DNA of 64,000 nucleotides from Paragordius varius (Eukaryota; Animalia; Nematomorpha): positions 12,772,001-12,836,000 of the forward strand of contig OZ176050.1 in assembly GCA_964247055.1 (NCBI GenBank). Reading direction: 5' to 3'. Below, in pieces: positions 1 through 12,539 of the stretch (its first letter is position 1; every line of letters begins with the position of its first letter). The notes under the pieces are model-generated. The model had not been told where the DNA came from. It was given only the letters and a program-made list of their open reading frames with translations, and ran no database searches. Position numbers and translations under genes: made by a program.

Positions 1-2705
1 GGATGACGAGGGCAGAAAAACTGAGCAAAGCACCATCTTTGCCTCCATTCCATTATCAAAGTGTGGCGGCCGGAGATGGCCAAACTTTATCATCCCCCCA
101 AGATGGTAATCACTTTTATTCAAGAGTTGAAATGTTTTTCAATACATTTCGTTTTACTTTTTTAACTTTTATTTAGGTTTTTCTTTATAATAAATATGAA
201 AAATATAACGACAATTAAAGAATAATATTTTTACATTTAAGAATATTATTAAGTTATTTATAAATTATTAGATTTATTGAATATTTCGTCTTACTTTACA
301 GTTTAATTGAAAGTGTAACTATAAAACTTAAAAATTAATAAGACTAATATTTTTTAGACAGCCATACGTCTTAAATCCTTAATACCTTTAAATATAACCT
401 ACATCTCTAATTTTTGTCTTGCAACCCAAAACAATGAGTTATATTACAAAAAAATCAAGATCCAAAAATATGCTTGTATTTTACTATAAATGTCTTTTAA
501 GCTTTACGTAATGTCTGCATAATTTTAATTTTTCTTGCTGCTTTGCTTTTTACTTTACTTTATCTAAACTTATTTGAGTGTTTACAGTATGCATTATAAT
601 TATTGCTTATTTCACACTATAGTATTGGATAATTTGCAACACAGTAGTGTATGGAAAAAAAGAAAGGAAATCATTGTTTATTCAACACTTTGTTGTTTTT
701 TTCCATACACTACTGTGAAGCAACCATTAAAATGCATATTGTATGATTTTTAAAAAAAATTTATCTACTAGATTCATTAACCTCAACTTTAACTAATATG
801 GATGATGTATTATCCAGTAAATCAATGAATGATTCTGTTTATGGGGGTCTGGAAGGACCAGTGGCTTATGTTCAATACCGGGAAAAAGGTATATTAAAAA
901 ATTAATTTATGCTTTTTTTTCAAAATATTAAATAAATATTATTTAAATTTTAATTCTTTTCGATGTAGGTAAAAAAGAGTATTTTAAGAGTATCCTAATT
1001 ATAAAGCGAAAAAGTTAAAGATAAATGATTGTTATTTTTTAATATAAAGACAATTACAATTTTTGAACCATAGCTTTTAGTAGATAATCTACATAATTAT
1101 AAATATACTTTTTTCATAATCATAAATAATTATATGTCAAAAAATCCAAGTTAAAAGTATGATTGCCTTATATAAGAAACATATTGTTGTAAATTTTTAG
1201 GGTTTTTTATCATTTTAATTTTCACTGTGTCTATCTATCTATTAAATAACTTTTATTTTAAAATTTATAATTTTTTTAAAGTGTTTCTGCAACATAATTA
1301 GATAAGATGGCAACTTTTTATTTAATTTAATTTTGCTTGTATTTAATCAAAGCTATGTATTTAAACGTTAATTTTATGTATCAGGTCTATTTAATTCGAG
1401 AGTTAAAAAATCTTACCCATATATTTATACATATATATGCATTTTAATGGTTCACACTATAGTAGGGCGGCAATTTGCAACACAGCAGTTGTGTATGGAA
1501 AAAACAACAAAAAATTGAATGAACAATTATTTCCTTTCTTTTTTTCCATACACTCCTCTGTTGCAATTGCCCTACTATAATCTAAAATAAGCTACCATTA
1601 AAATTTATACGATTACAAATGCACGTAAATATTGCTCTTTGATAATAATTTCAATCTTTTTTTGAAAAAAAATAATTTTTTGAACTTATATTTTTATTTG
1701 CCATAAAGGTGATGATTTTTGGCTCCGCTCTGATGATCAATACATGGATAATTTTGAAGTGATAGAAAATCTCAAACCCGGTACCGTTTATGAGTTTAGA
1801 GTTGTCGCTCAAAATGATAAATATATCACACCGAGTTTGGTTCAAGAAATACGCACAAAAACCACAAGTATAAATATTTATAAGTGTTACATTTGAAAAA
1901 ATTTGTATAATATTAACTTTTTTAGTAAGATCTTAAAGATTAATTTAAATAAGTTCAAATTGAAAAGTTAATGACATACGCAATAATTAATAGACAAATA
2001 GTTAAAGATGAATAACCATACTGCTTTAATACGTTAATTTTCCAAAATAAACTATATAATTACAATTTTGAAATTTATAATAGAGTATAGTATACCATTT
2101 TATATCTTTATTCATCTTTTGCAGTCCAAAACGAATGATGATTTATATTTGAAAAAAACAAGATTTTTTAAAAGGCTGTCTTCATAGCTTAAAAAAATAT
2201 CTGTCCTTTAGTTTTTCCGTATTTTGTCTGCATAATTTTAATGAAAATACATTATATATTTCTCATAACAAATAAATGATTTTCGATACCATTTGCCATT
2301 TTTTTGCAAAATGATTGTTTAAAATTGACTCGATTATAATATTTAGTACAAACGCCATATTGTTTTCTTAAAAAAATGCTGTGTAATTTTTATATTACAC
2401 TACTCTTTTCACACCAAAATAATTAATTATTTATTTTTATGCAAAATATATATATATATATATTCCTTTCACATCAAAAAATTTTTAAATTTTAAATTTT
2501 TTTATAACACAGGAGAAGAAAGAATCGTTGCAGCTGGGTGGTTTGTGGCTCTTATGTGTGCGCTTGCCGTTCTACTGCTCATAATGATTATCATTTGCTT
2601 GATACGGAGGAATAGGGGTGGAAAATACCCAGGTTTTTTTTATTTTCATATCCTTTCATTTTAACATACAGAATATATTTTATTTTCAATTAGGGAAGTT
2701 ATATA

Positions 2706-2743
<38 letters not shown>

Positions 2744-4428
2744 CAAATAAATTTTATTTTATAGTGCACGAAAAAGAACGGGCTAAAGGCTTAGATCCAG
2801 AAGCAAATGAAGGGTTTGATGATTTCAAGTAGATCTTTCATTTATTTTAAATAAATGAATGATTTTATTATAATAAATAATATAGAATTATTTGTTCTTT
2901 GTGTCTAAAAAGGGAACAAAATAAAATTAATTTGGCCATTCTTTCATAAAATTCGGCATCAACAATGTAAAATTTAAGTTCCTTCCCCTTTTTCGCTAAT
3001 GAGCCCGATTTCGGGACAGAATTCATGGATTATTATTCGCATTATGAACTTCTAAAAAATATTAAAATCAATTTTTTAATTAAATAAAATTTTTATTAGA
3101 TTTTATTAAATCATATGTAAAAGCATAATTCAAATTAATTTTATAATTTTTAATTTATAATGAGTTCCATAAAACCCACTAATCGTATATTTGTGTGATT
3201 GTTTTCACAACTTTTAACGATTGTTTGTACCTCAAAAATTAATGCCTTATTTACGAATTGGTCTCCATGATTACCAACATGAAGTTAATTGGAGCTGTTT
3301 TAAAAGCTCATTCATTATAAGGGGTCCATTGATAATTTATATTTTTAAAATTAATATTTTTTCTACATAAGAACGGATGAAAAAACACCCTTTAATGCCG
3401 TTGGCAATAATAATCATTCAATGGTCGATGGAAAAAAAGAAAAGAAAAAATCATCATCGTATGATAACACTTCAAACAATGGAAATGGTAAACGACCTAG
3501 TGGAAGTTATACGGGTCTACCCTTACCCCCAAGTGAATCCGATAGTTTGGCCGAATACTATGCAGAACTGGAAACTGGTCGTTTCGATGAAGATGGATCT
3601 TTTATTGGTAATATATTTTCTACCTTTTTTAACTTCGGTTTGAAATTAATGGGAAATAATGGTATTCCTAGGAGAAAATTCAGAGTTTTTATGGATTTTA
3701 ACTCGAAATATTTGTTTTAATCAGCTAGAAATTTATTTGTCAACTTTGATAAAATGATTTTTGTAAGTCGTACTTTTGTAGTTGAGGTAAGGTTTTATGG
3801 ATCATATGCCCGAACGCCAAACTTTTTAACTCAGAGATGAGGATACTTTATTCCCTGATGGTTAATTCTTGAAGTTGAATGCGCTTATACAAGGTTAAAA
3901 TTTTCGGTTTAACTGTGTGTTTGATGTTTGCAAAGCGTTTCTTATAATTTTTCACCTATTTTTATAGCAGTCATATTTTCTTTTCCTAGACTAAGGTAAT
4001 GTATGGTTAGAGTTGTCAAACATACGTTTTGAATTGATTTTACTTTGTTTTTAATTGTTATGATGTTTGATATGTCAACGTTCAATATGCGCATTTTTAA
4101 GCATTAAAATAATAATAGCCTATTTATTTAAACAATTAAAAAAAAGTAAAATTAATTAAAAACGTATGTTTGACAATTCTAAACATACATGACTGTTATG
4201 TAGGTTTGTAAACAAGTATACCTGGTTTTTTAAAATATATTACATATATAAACAGGTCAATATGGAGCCCGTAATAATAAAGGAGCTACCCCTTTATTAC
4301 CTCAAGCTCATCAACAAAATGGCCCAGCTATCAATAATAACACTAATATGAATAATGGAATAAATTCACATACCCTCACTCAACAACAAACAGATAAAAA
4401 TGCTGCATCTCTGGCCACTTTTGTTTAA
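1..4428 (+). CDS. Nrg: Neuroglian / L1CAM-family cell adhesion molecule, 3' part (last FNIII domain, TM, cytoplasmic tail); 5' end lies outside the window
   Basis: Exons ~1-105, 772-888, 1709-1867, 2513-2632, 2765-2828, 3372-3607 and 4256-4428 join in frame at GT-AG sites. They give ...VAYVQYREKGDDFW...NLKPGTVYEFRVVAQN (FNIII), [33 protein letters not shown] (L1-family TM), SDSLAEY...FDEDGSFIG|QY (ankyrin-binding FIGQY split by an intron) and a C-terminal ATFV* PDZ-type motif like the ATYV of fly Nrg180. Confidence 0.95.
590..737 (+). mobile_element. Palindromic MITE-like element, copy 1 (Nrg intron)
   Basis: Internal inverted repeat CACAGTAGTGTATGGAAAAAA...TTTTTTCCATACACTACTGTG. A second copy lies in the opposite orientation at ~1439-1605. 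Confidence 0.75.
1439..1605 (-). mobile_element. Palindromic MITE-like element, copy 2 (inverted relative to copy 1)
   Basis: Arms TATAGTAGGGC..AATTTGCAACACAG / CTGTTGCAATTGCCCTACTATA. The core and flanks are the reverse complement of 590-737. Confidence 0.75.
3999..4190. mobile_element. ~190-bp hairpin/MITE with ~60-bp arms in the last Nrg intron
   Basis: ATGTATGGTTAGAGTTGTCAAACATACGTTTTGAATTGATTTTAC pairs with GTAAAATTAATTAAAAACGTATGTTTGACAATTCTAAACATACAT. Confidence 0.7.
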
Positions 4429-5666
4429 AAAGTAATGGAAATTTTTTTTAAATGATAAATATTTTATTAAATTTTGAAATATAATTCAAATTAAGCAAAG
4501 AATAATTTAAAGTACCACATCGTAGTGATGTATTGGAATTCAAAATGAAGGCCCGTTATTAATAATTTTTTGAAAATATTAAAATGTGAAAAAAGTGAAG
4601 CAATTTAAAAAACTTTTGAATAAACAATAATTCCAATAGAGTTCAAAATTTGTTTTTAATCTACTTTTATTCCTCTTTTTATGTCAAAAAAATGGAAAAT
4701 TTTATTAATTCTACCTAAAAAATATTAATAATCTTTTTTTTATATTTCAGCAAACTAAGATTACTATAAATATGGAAACAATAATTTCGATTAGCATGTA
4801 TCTATTACAAATATATTCGACTTGAGAGCTGGTCTATTTAGTCTCAATCTACTTAACACTATAAAGCACACATATATACTGCATTTAATCTTACTACTTA
4901 AACGCCTATGAAAAGCATCATACAACCCAAAAATCTCAATATTGTAATATATGATCTATATATTGTTATTGGATAAATTTTGTAAATATACAGATAATTT
5001 ACTAACTGATCATCTACCACTCTTTATTCCAAACGAAAAAAATCATGTAAATATATTAAATATATTTAAAAATTATACAACATTCATATCATGTACAAAT
5101 GTTATAGATTGTAATTATTTTTGCAAGAAAAAAATCATTGAAAATTATTTTACACATTCTGACATTCCAATCATCGCTTTCAAATCCATAAAAAAACATT
5201 CACACTTTACCTTACACTTGTATTTTTCCTAAACTAATTTATTTTGAAATATAATTATTATTCTCTAAGAAAAATATTTTACTATCCCCAAAAACATCAA
5301 AATTAATTATTTTATGCGACCTATATTTATATACGACATTATTTTATAACCAAAACACCATATCAATATGATAAAGGCATTTTTGTGTGATAACCGCCGT
5401 TCTTCATATATTCAAATATATATTTATATTGATATATGATTTAGGATTTTTTATTTTAATATTATAAAATTTGCATTTCGAATCCATATAAGCTCTTATT
5501 TCATCAGTTATTAACATGATTTTCTTTTAAATTTTTGTTTTAACTATTTATATATATATATCAATCATGTTTATATATAAAATTATTGACTTATTCATAT
5601 ATCATAAAATAAACAGCTTTACTCCCAATTCTAACTCAGTAATTCAGTGGCATCAGCATGGTTTAA

Positions 5667-5953
5667 CAGTAAACATTGAAGTTATACGGACAAAATGTAA
5701 AAATATAAAGACAAATTTTTTTGTCAAAAGAAAAACATACTTTTTTATACCTTAATTTATCCTATAAAAACCATCAATTACAATCGTAAAATACATAATA
5801 GAATGTCTTACCAATTTACATTCCTATATTTTACTTTGTAGTTTAAAACAACGAGTCATATTAAAAAAAGATTAAAAAAGTATGGTTGTCTTTTAGAAAA
5901 AATATTTGTCTTTGTATTTTCACGTTTTGTCCGTATAATTTCAATTTTTACTG
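5667..5953. mobile_element. Tc1/mariner-like MITE family B (~290 bp)
   Basis: Long TIRs CAGTAAAAATTGAAATTATACGGACAAAACG, TA-flanked in the best copy. Other copies at ~10715-11060, ~11791-12033, ~12811-13064 and 18268-18566, plus fragments. Confidence 0.85.
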
Positions 5954-6093
5954 TAATTTACCAATTTGAAAGATTTAACAATACGTGTCCGATATAAATT
6001 TTAGTAAGTTTTTACCATAATGGAAAAACAGTTTTAAATTATTAATCACTCGAAAATGTCGAAATCCAATATTCCTCAAACTAATATATAATT

Positions 6094-6383
6094 CAGGGCT
6101 TCTTAAACTTTTGTGATTCTGACCCATTTATGATTGCGTTCTTAACGACCCCAACAAATATAAAAGAAAAATAAATTAATATTTTTGGATGATATATTTA
6201 TTAATTAACAATATTCATATGGATATGAAAATATATAAATAGAATTCGTTTTAAACATATAAAAATTGACAATTGAAAGCACAAAATATTATAAAAATGT
6301 TTACTTTCAACAATAAAAGTGGATTCTGACCGTTTTAAATTTTATTTTTAAGACTCGCGCGACCCATAGTTTAAGAAGCCCTG
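6094..6383. mobile_element. hAT-like MITE
   Basis: Perfect 16-bp TIR CAGGGCTTCTTAAACT/AGTTTAAGAAGCCCTG; 8-bp TSD ATATAATT/GTATAATT (7/8 match). Confidence 0.85.
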
Positions 6384-6416
6384 GTATAATTGATTATAAA
6401 ATAGCGAAGTCCTAGT

Positions 6417-6643
6417 ATTCCATTTACAGTTCAATTTCACCCTTGAACAATTCAAATTCACCTTAAAATATATTATGTTAAAAATTATCTATATTTTAAT
6501 ATATTTTAAAAAATGAAATTTTGTTTAAAATTAATATAATCCTGAAAAATGCCATAAGAATATATTTTATATTAATGATGAGTTATATTAGCCCGAAAAC
6601 ATATAATTAATTTTTGGGGTGAATTTGAATTGTAAATGGTATA
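6417..6643. mobile_element. Foldback MITE family A copy
   Basis: TIR (TA)CCATTTACAATTCAAATTCACCC with a 21-bp subterminal repeat AATTCAAATTCACCCTTGAAC. An adjacent copy lies at ~6892-7190. Confidence 0.8.
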
Positions 6644-7353
6644 TTGCTATCCATTTTAGTAAAATAAAGAACTTGTCTTTATATTTAAAAAGATTTTATT
6701 ACTACTCAAAGTTAAAATATTTTTTTAATTTTTTTATTTATTGAACATTTATTTACTATAAAATTAATATGTTTGAGGGCTAAATATCATCGCAATGGAG
6801 ATTAAACTATGTTTTGGGTTCAGTATAGCAGTTTTATCTAATTATTACTTGATGTACTAAATGAAAGCTTTTCCATTTTATATCCATTTAGATATACTAT
6901 TTACAATTCAAATCCACCCTTGAACAATTCATATTCACCCTTGAACAATTCAAATTTACCCTTAAATAAATTATATGTTTTTTAAGATGATAAAATAGCT
7001 ATATTTATATATATTTTTAAAAATAAAGTTTTGTTTTTTAAAAAAATACTGAAAAATAATAAGCTATGCCATAAAGATATATATCATATAAATAATGAGT
7101 TATATTAGTTCGAAAACACATAATTTATTTTTAGGGTGAATTTGAATTGTTTATTAAATTGTTCAGTGAATTTGAACTGTAAATGGTAATATTATTATTA
7201 AGGGTGTTTTTTCTGATAAAAAATATATTGCTATATATTACAATCAAAAATTTATATTTTTTGAATTAACAAACTGGTTAGAAAATTGTATATTCTACCA
7301 AAAACAACTACCCATAATTGCAAGTTTTTTACCCGGTAAAAATATAACTAAAG

Positions 7354-7615
7354 CAGTGGTGTTTAATACAAAAGCTTCGCGGGCTGCATTGGCAAAATAA
7401 TGGGTATAACAAATATTTTATTAGATTTTTAACATAAGATTGTTGTAAAAAATACTATTTTTTATCATTTTCCAGTTCTTTCCCAAAATTCGGAAAGAAT
7501 TATTCAAAAAAATTTGTTTAGATTAATTATTACCCAAATTTCGTAAAATTTTGTATATGAAATTTTTCGTGGGCTACATAAATATTTTTAAGGGGCCCCG
7601 TGTTGGCCACCCCTG
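7354..7615. mobile_element. hAT-like MITE family C
   Basis: Ends CAGTGGTGTTTAAT.../GTTGGCCACCCCTG; TSD AACTAAAG/ATCTAAAG. Related copies at 21001-21589 and ~51467-51700. Confidence 0.75.
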
Positions 7616-7809
7616 ATCTAAAGGGTAAATTTTAAGTCAGTATATTTACGATGACAATTTGCTCATTAATCCGTCAACAATTGATTAGTGTTTAAAAACC
7701 GTACTTTTTATAATAACGGATATTTTTAATTTGTCGCATCATTTTCCTACTATTTATAATTTATGATAACAAATTCAGTTTCAATCATCTATTAAATAAA
7801 GAATGGAAG

Positions 7810-7976
7810 GCGTGATGTGGTATAGTAGGTAGGACGCTGGACTCTTACCCTGCGTGCCAGAGTTAGAACCCCGAAACTACGCAATTTTTTTCATCATCAC
7901 TGTCAGCCCAGGGCAGGTGAGTGTTAAAGCCTTCACAAGACCGGATACAATTTAAGTCCTTACCCTTTAATAAAAA
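7810..7976 (+). mobile_element. tRNA-derived SINE-like element or degenerate tRNA(Lys-CTT)-like head with body and A-rich tail
   Basis: A-box-like TGGTATAGTAGG, B-box-like GAGTTAGAACC, GCGT..ACGC acceptor remnant and CTCTTAC loop; the stems are broken. It ends in TTTAATAAAAAA. A divergent relative lies at ~50925-51015. Confidence 0.5.
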
Positions 7977-8109
7977 AGGACAATAGAGACTCTAAACTGT
8001 ATATTTATTTATTTACCATTGAATGAAGAATTATAAGGATAAAAATTGTTTGCAAAGGGGAAAAATGTTAAAAATTAAAAATATACTTTTATGTCGATTT
8101 AACCCATAT

Positions 8110-8372
8110 TTAATATCTATAATATTTTTTTATAGCTCTCAAAAAAGCCCCAAAACGTGACCGTATTTATAATATTTTTTTTAGTTTTATGAAAGTCTCT
8201 TGTATATTTTAAAAGTTGGCACCGCGAATTCTAGGCGTTTTATTTAATATCTATAATATTATTTTATAGCTCTCAAAAAACCCCCAAAACATGACCGTAT
8301 TTATAATATTTTTTTAGTATGAAGGTCTCTTGTATAGTTTTAAAAGTTGGCACCGCGAATTTTAGGCGTTTT
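8110..8372. repeat. Two tandem ~125-bp units
   Basis: CTATAATATT..TAGCTCTCAAAAAA..GACCGTATTTATAAT..AAAAGTTGGCACCGCGAATT.TAGGCGTTTT occurs twice in a row. Confidence 0.85.
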
Positions 8373-8703
8373 TGCATTTATCTTCGTGACCCATTTTAGG
8401 GAAGTTTATAAAATTTCCCTTTACCAAAAAACTTATTTTCTATGCATAAAACGATTATTCCAAGCACAAAATAATTTATACGATTTTTTATGGAAGTTTT
8501 AAAAGGATTCTCAATGATATTGATATCCACTTTCACACCATATTTGTATGATTATTTTCACAAAACCATTTAAATTTTTTTTAAATATTATTTCTACCAA
8601 ATTTTTTTCGAAAAATAAAAGGAATATAACTCAATTTCCGCAAAGCTATCTATTTTGATTGATAATCTATCCTCACAATAATAATATAAATGTGTATATA
8701 TAA

Positions 8704-9829
8704 CACTAGACAACAAATTTTAACTTTTTTTAACTGCCATTCTTGTAAATTTAAAATTTATTTCATTAAAGTACATAATTAGTATATCTGAAAAGAAAAT
8801 TGGTCTAGCATGGAAGGATTTTTTTATATTAGAGTTTATCGATAATTTTTGGCCCCGATTTAACATTAAACTCGAAATTTCGAAAATTAAAAGTTATAGA
8901 TATGAAGCCATGTATTTTATATCATTCGAAAGAGCGCAAAAAACTGCATCTTTTAAATGGTAGTAAGTCATTTAAATCAATCGGATGTAAAAGTTATTTG
9001 GATTTAAATGGTTGAAATTTTCAATCCTTAAATAAGTCAGGAATTTTCACAGACATACTAATTTGAAATTCATATAAATTATTTTAATATAATTATTAGG
9101 GTTATATTAATAAATAATTTTAAAAAAATGTTTGAAAAAGCTTTTGGGTTGCTTTTTTAATAAAAATTATTATTATCATAAATATTTTACCTAGTGGATA
9201 CTAAAATGCATAGTTATAACTGTAAATTAATTACATAATGGCTATAAAAGATCGAAAATACCTCAAACTTTGTTTTTATCTTTAAAATTTTGAAATTATC
9301 AGCCTTATAAAGAAAATAAATTAATATTGATGAGATGGTAATTTTTAAAAAACAAAAAACTTAAAAATGGTTTTTTTGAGTGACATAAAAGTAATAAAAA
9401 AATGTTTTAATCAAAAAAACTTTCTTGTGTTATCTTTTTTGGACATTCATCTCCATCTAAACAAAGTTTGAGCTATTTTCATCGATTAGTTTTAAAAATA
9501 TAATAATTTAAAAAAATGCTCTCGCTTCGCGCGTTTGTCGCTCTTTGTGTCCAATATTAACTGTCGATGTAATACATATTAGTATGCATTTTATAGAGTT
9601 TTTATTACTCTTTCGAATGATATATTACAAATGGGCATTACTTGTATATTTTCAAAGAAAAATAATTTTTAGTAAAATTTTGATAAAGAGGGCGCATAAT
9701 CAAAAAAAATCAAATTATACAAAATTCTTCCATCGAGTTATAATTTTTATTTCAGATTTACTGTTAAAATGATACTAAATATCAGAAAATTCAAAAAACT
9801 CGAGTGGCAGAAAAATTTGTTGTCCAGTG
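8704..9829. mobile_element. Non-autonomous Tc1/mariner-like element (~1.1 kb)
   Basis: Ends CACTAGACAACAAATTTT..CTGCC / GGCAGAAAAATTTGTTGTCCAGTG|TA; no transposase ORF. Confidence 0.6.
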
Positions 9830-10011
9830 TAATTAAAGCATTATTTATTAACATTATCTAATTTTTATATATATTAATCATTAGTATAATTACATATAAT
9901 ATAAATATATAAATAGGGTGAGAGGTAATGAGTTGTGGTTTATGAGAGGTGAGTGATAGGAAGTGTGGATACAGTTTGGGTTTGTGGGAAGAATGGTGGT
10001 GGAGGGATAAT

Positions 10012-10200
10012 AAATATATAAAGATCCAAATATATAAAAAGATCCAAATATACAAAAGATCCAAATATATATAAAAAGATCCAATCCAAATATATATAAA
10101 GATCCAAATATATATAAAAAGATCCAAATTTATAAAAAATATCCAAATATATATAAAACGATCCAAATATATAAAAATAGCCAATCCAAAAAATCAAAAA
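10012..10200. repeat. Minisatellite of an ~18-20-bp unit (AAAAAGATCCAAATATAT) inside a G/A-rich, C-poor tract (~9915-10315)
   Basis: About 9-10 variant copies of AAAGATCCAAATATATA can be read directly. Confidence 0.9.
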
Positions 10201-10441
10201 ATGTAATGAAAAGTGAATGTTTGAATGGTGGGCATACAATGAGGAATGGGGTGAGGAGAGATAGGAATTTGAGAGAGGTATGGAAGACAATATATGAGGA
10301 TGGGGGGGGGTAAATATATAAAAATATATATAAATGACAAATAAAGTGTTAAATCTATATTATAAATGTAATAAAAATGAATTAATTACATATATAAATA
10401 TAAAAAATTGCTCTTTTTCATTTCCACATCAGCGTCCGTTC

Positions 10442-12343
10442 TCAATGCAGCGCCCGTCTTATGCGTTTACCACCAAAGAGTCTAAATCGCAATCTACACA
10501 ACCAATTCTTATGTTTATACCCAAATGAAGGAATTATTGGGGTTGAATGATGCCTTATTTGTGATATAAAGTCTTTATAATTAATTGGCTGTTCCATATT
10601 CGCAGATATAACGGGTGATTTATATTCTTCATAATTTTCATCATAGGACTCTACAAAGTTACTTTCCCAGGGATACTTTTCACAAAGCCGATCTAAATTT
10701 AGGATAAAATTATTGTAATTGAAATATACAGACAAAACGTAAAAAAGGTAAATATTTCTAAAAGACAACCATAATTTTTCAATCTGGATTTATATCAATA
10801 TATATTATTATTTTAAATGGCAAAGTGTGAAATAGAGATATATTATACTATTTCCCTATTTTGTAATTACTGAATAGCTTGAGTTGATGTTTTTAAGTTC
10901 CTTTATGTTTTGGGTTGAAAATATGGAATAGAGATGTAAAAATTAAAAACTGCATTTATTTAGATTATGTTGAATGAAAAAAATAAGGTAAAAATGTATA
11001 GCTAGCTATCCTTTGAAAATACATTTTGTCTGTTTAATTTCATCAATTTTTATTACTGTAATTTAAGCCTTTTGCATAATAATGGTGAATATTTTTTAAT
11101 TATTACTTTCTCCAATGGCGGTTGAATTAAAATGAATGCCATCAACAAATTTTAAATATCCTGGCGTGATAATATTTTCATCACATTCATCCACCCAATG
11201 TTCATTAATTATCCGAGAAATGTCTTGTATTTGACACGGAGAGATCCCCATGTCCCTCAATTGTTTCGCACTTGTCTCAGTTTCGTTTCTCACAACTGTG
11301 TTGAAAAATAAAAAGTTTTTTTTAAAAAAAAATTTGTCAAATATAGTTTTATTTATCCATCAATATACTTTTTTGCCTCTCTGCTGCATTGATTTTAAAT
11401 AAACGCTGAAAATTGAAAAATTTTACAAATTTCATAAAGTAGTAAAGATGTTAGTCAGAATGATATTTGAGACTTTAAACTGTAAAAATGATTGTTGAAT
11501 AATAGCATCTTTAATGGTTATGTTTTACATTAGCATGTAATTTTAATCATATAAGTAAAATGTAATTGACAAAAATAGTTAAAATTTGAAAACCCCATAA
11601 TAATAAATATGTAATTGGATTTATATTAAAATTATTTTCATCAAAAATTGCTTACACAAAAACGCAATCATTTTAAGTCCCACAGTCTGATTTTTTATAT
11701 CGACTATGAATAATAATACATTGTGGTTAATTATCAAAACCATTTATGTTTAAATGATAATAATGTGGTTAAATAAATTTGGTATAAATTTACAGTAAAA
11801 ATTGAAATTATATGGATAAATCGTAATAATATAAAGACAAAATAAACCTTAATTTTTCCTATATAAGCTATTTAGTTTCAATTGTAAAATATAGAATTGA
11901 TTGTGTAGGAAATTTATATCTCTATTTCACACTTTGCCATTTAAAACAATAAGTTATTTTGAAAAAAAATCAAAAATTAAAAAGTAGTATCGTTGTGAAA
12001 AAAATATTTGCCGTATAATTTAGTTTTTACTGTATTTTCAATTTCAAAATTAAGATCGAAAAATATTGCTTCATATAACATAAATAATTTTGGAGTCACA
12101 TCAAACTTATCACATTAGGTAGGTATTAAAATTGGTTAACTACATGATTAAACATTTTATTTCCTTCTCTGTGGCTGTTTTGTTTAATCGATAATTTAAC
12201 CCAATAACAAAACCCCTTTGAAAACTAACCTATATCCTCCTCATATAACAACTTTAAATGTGGACAATTTATAAAAAAGCAGATATTAAATAACCCGTTT
12301 ATACCTTCGCTTGGCTTTTCATTACCCTTCTTGGACGCTGCAT
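10442..12343 (-). CDS. Uncharacterised 171-aa protein with 4 coding exons (orphan; family not recognised)
   Basis: Exons 12343-12305, 11405-11369, 11295-11107 and 10692-10442 have GT-AG borders with mutually consistent phases (0,1,1). Product MQRPRRVMKSQAKRLFKINAAERQKIVRNE...HWVDECDENIITPGYLKFVDGIHF...NWLCRLRFRLFGGKRIRRALH*. The ORF could extend upstream of the acceptor at 12361. Confidence 0.75.
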
Positions 12344-12539
12344 TCTTTCTAAAATGAAGCCTGAAGGTAAATAAGTTCTTCATAGAGAGAGATAATGTAA
12401 AATGATTGTAAGTAGATAATTTATAATATTTTTAAAAGCTAGTGAATAAAATGCAATTGATTGTTGTGTTTAGAATTATCGTTTTAAATTGTAATAAGCC
12501 TTATATGTATGTTTATTAAATATATACACGGTTCACACT

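Noticed and set aside
4951-5755. ORFs downstream of neuroglian
   Set aside because: AT-biased, no splice context or recognisable motif; the second one overlaps a MITE.
7810-7883. Functional tRNA-Lys gene
   Set aside because: Acceptor, anticodon and T stems have multiple mismatches, and the sequence continues into a SINE-like body.
9858-10290. F/I/Y/L-rich ORFs on the minus strand
   Set aside because: Artefacts of the minisatellite.
11120-11160. DGIHF as an SGNH-hydrolase block V in the orphan protein
   Set aside because: No GDS or other SGNH blocks upstream, and the protein is too short.
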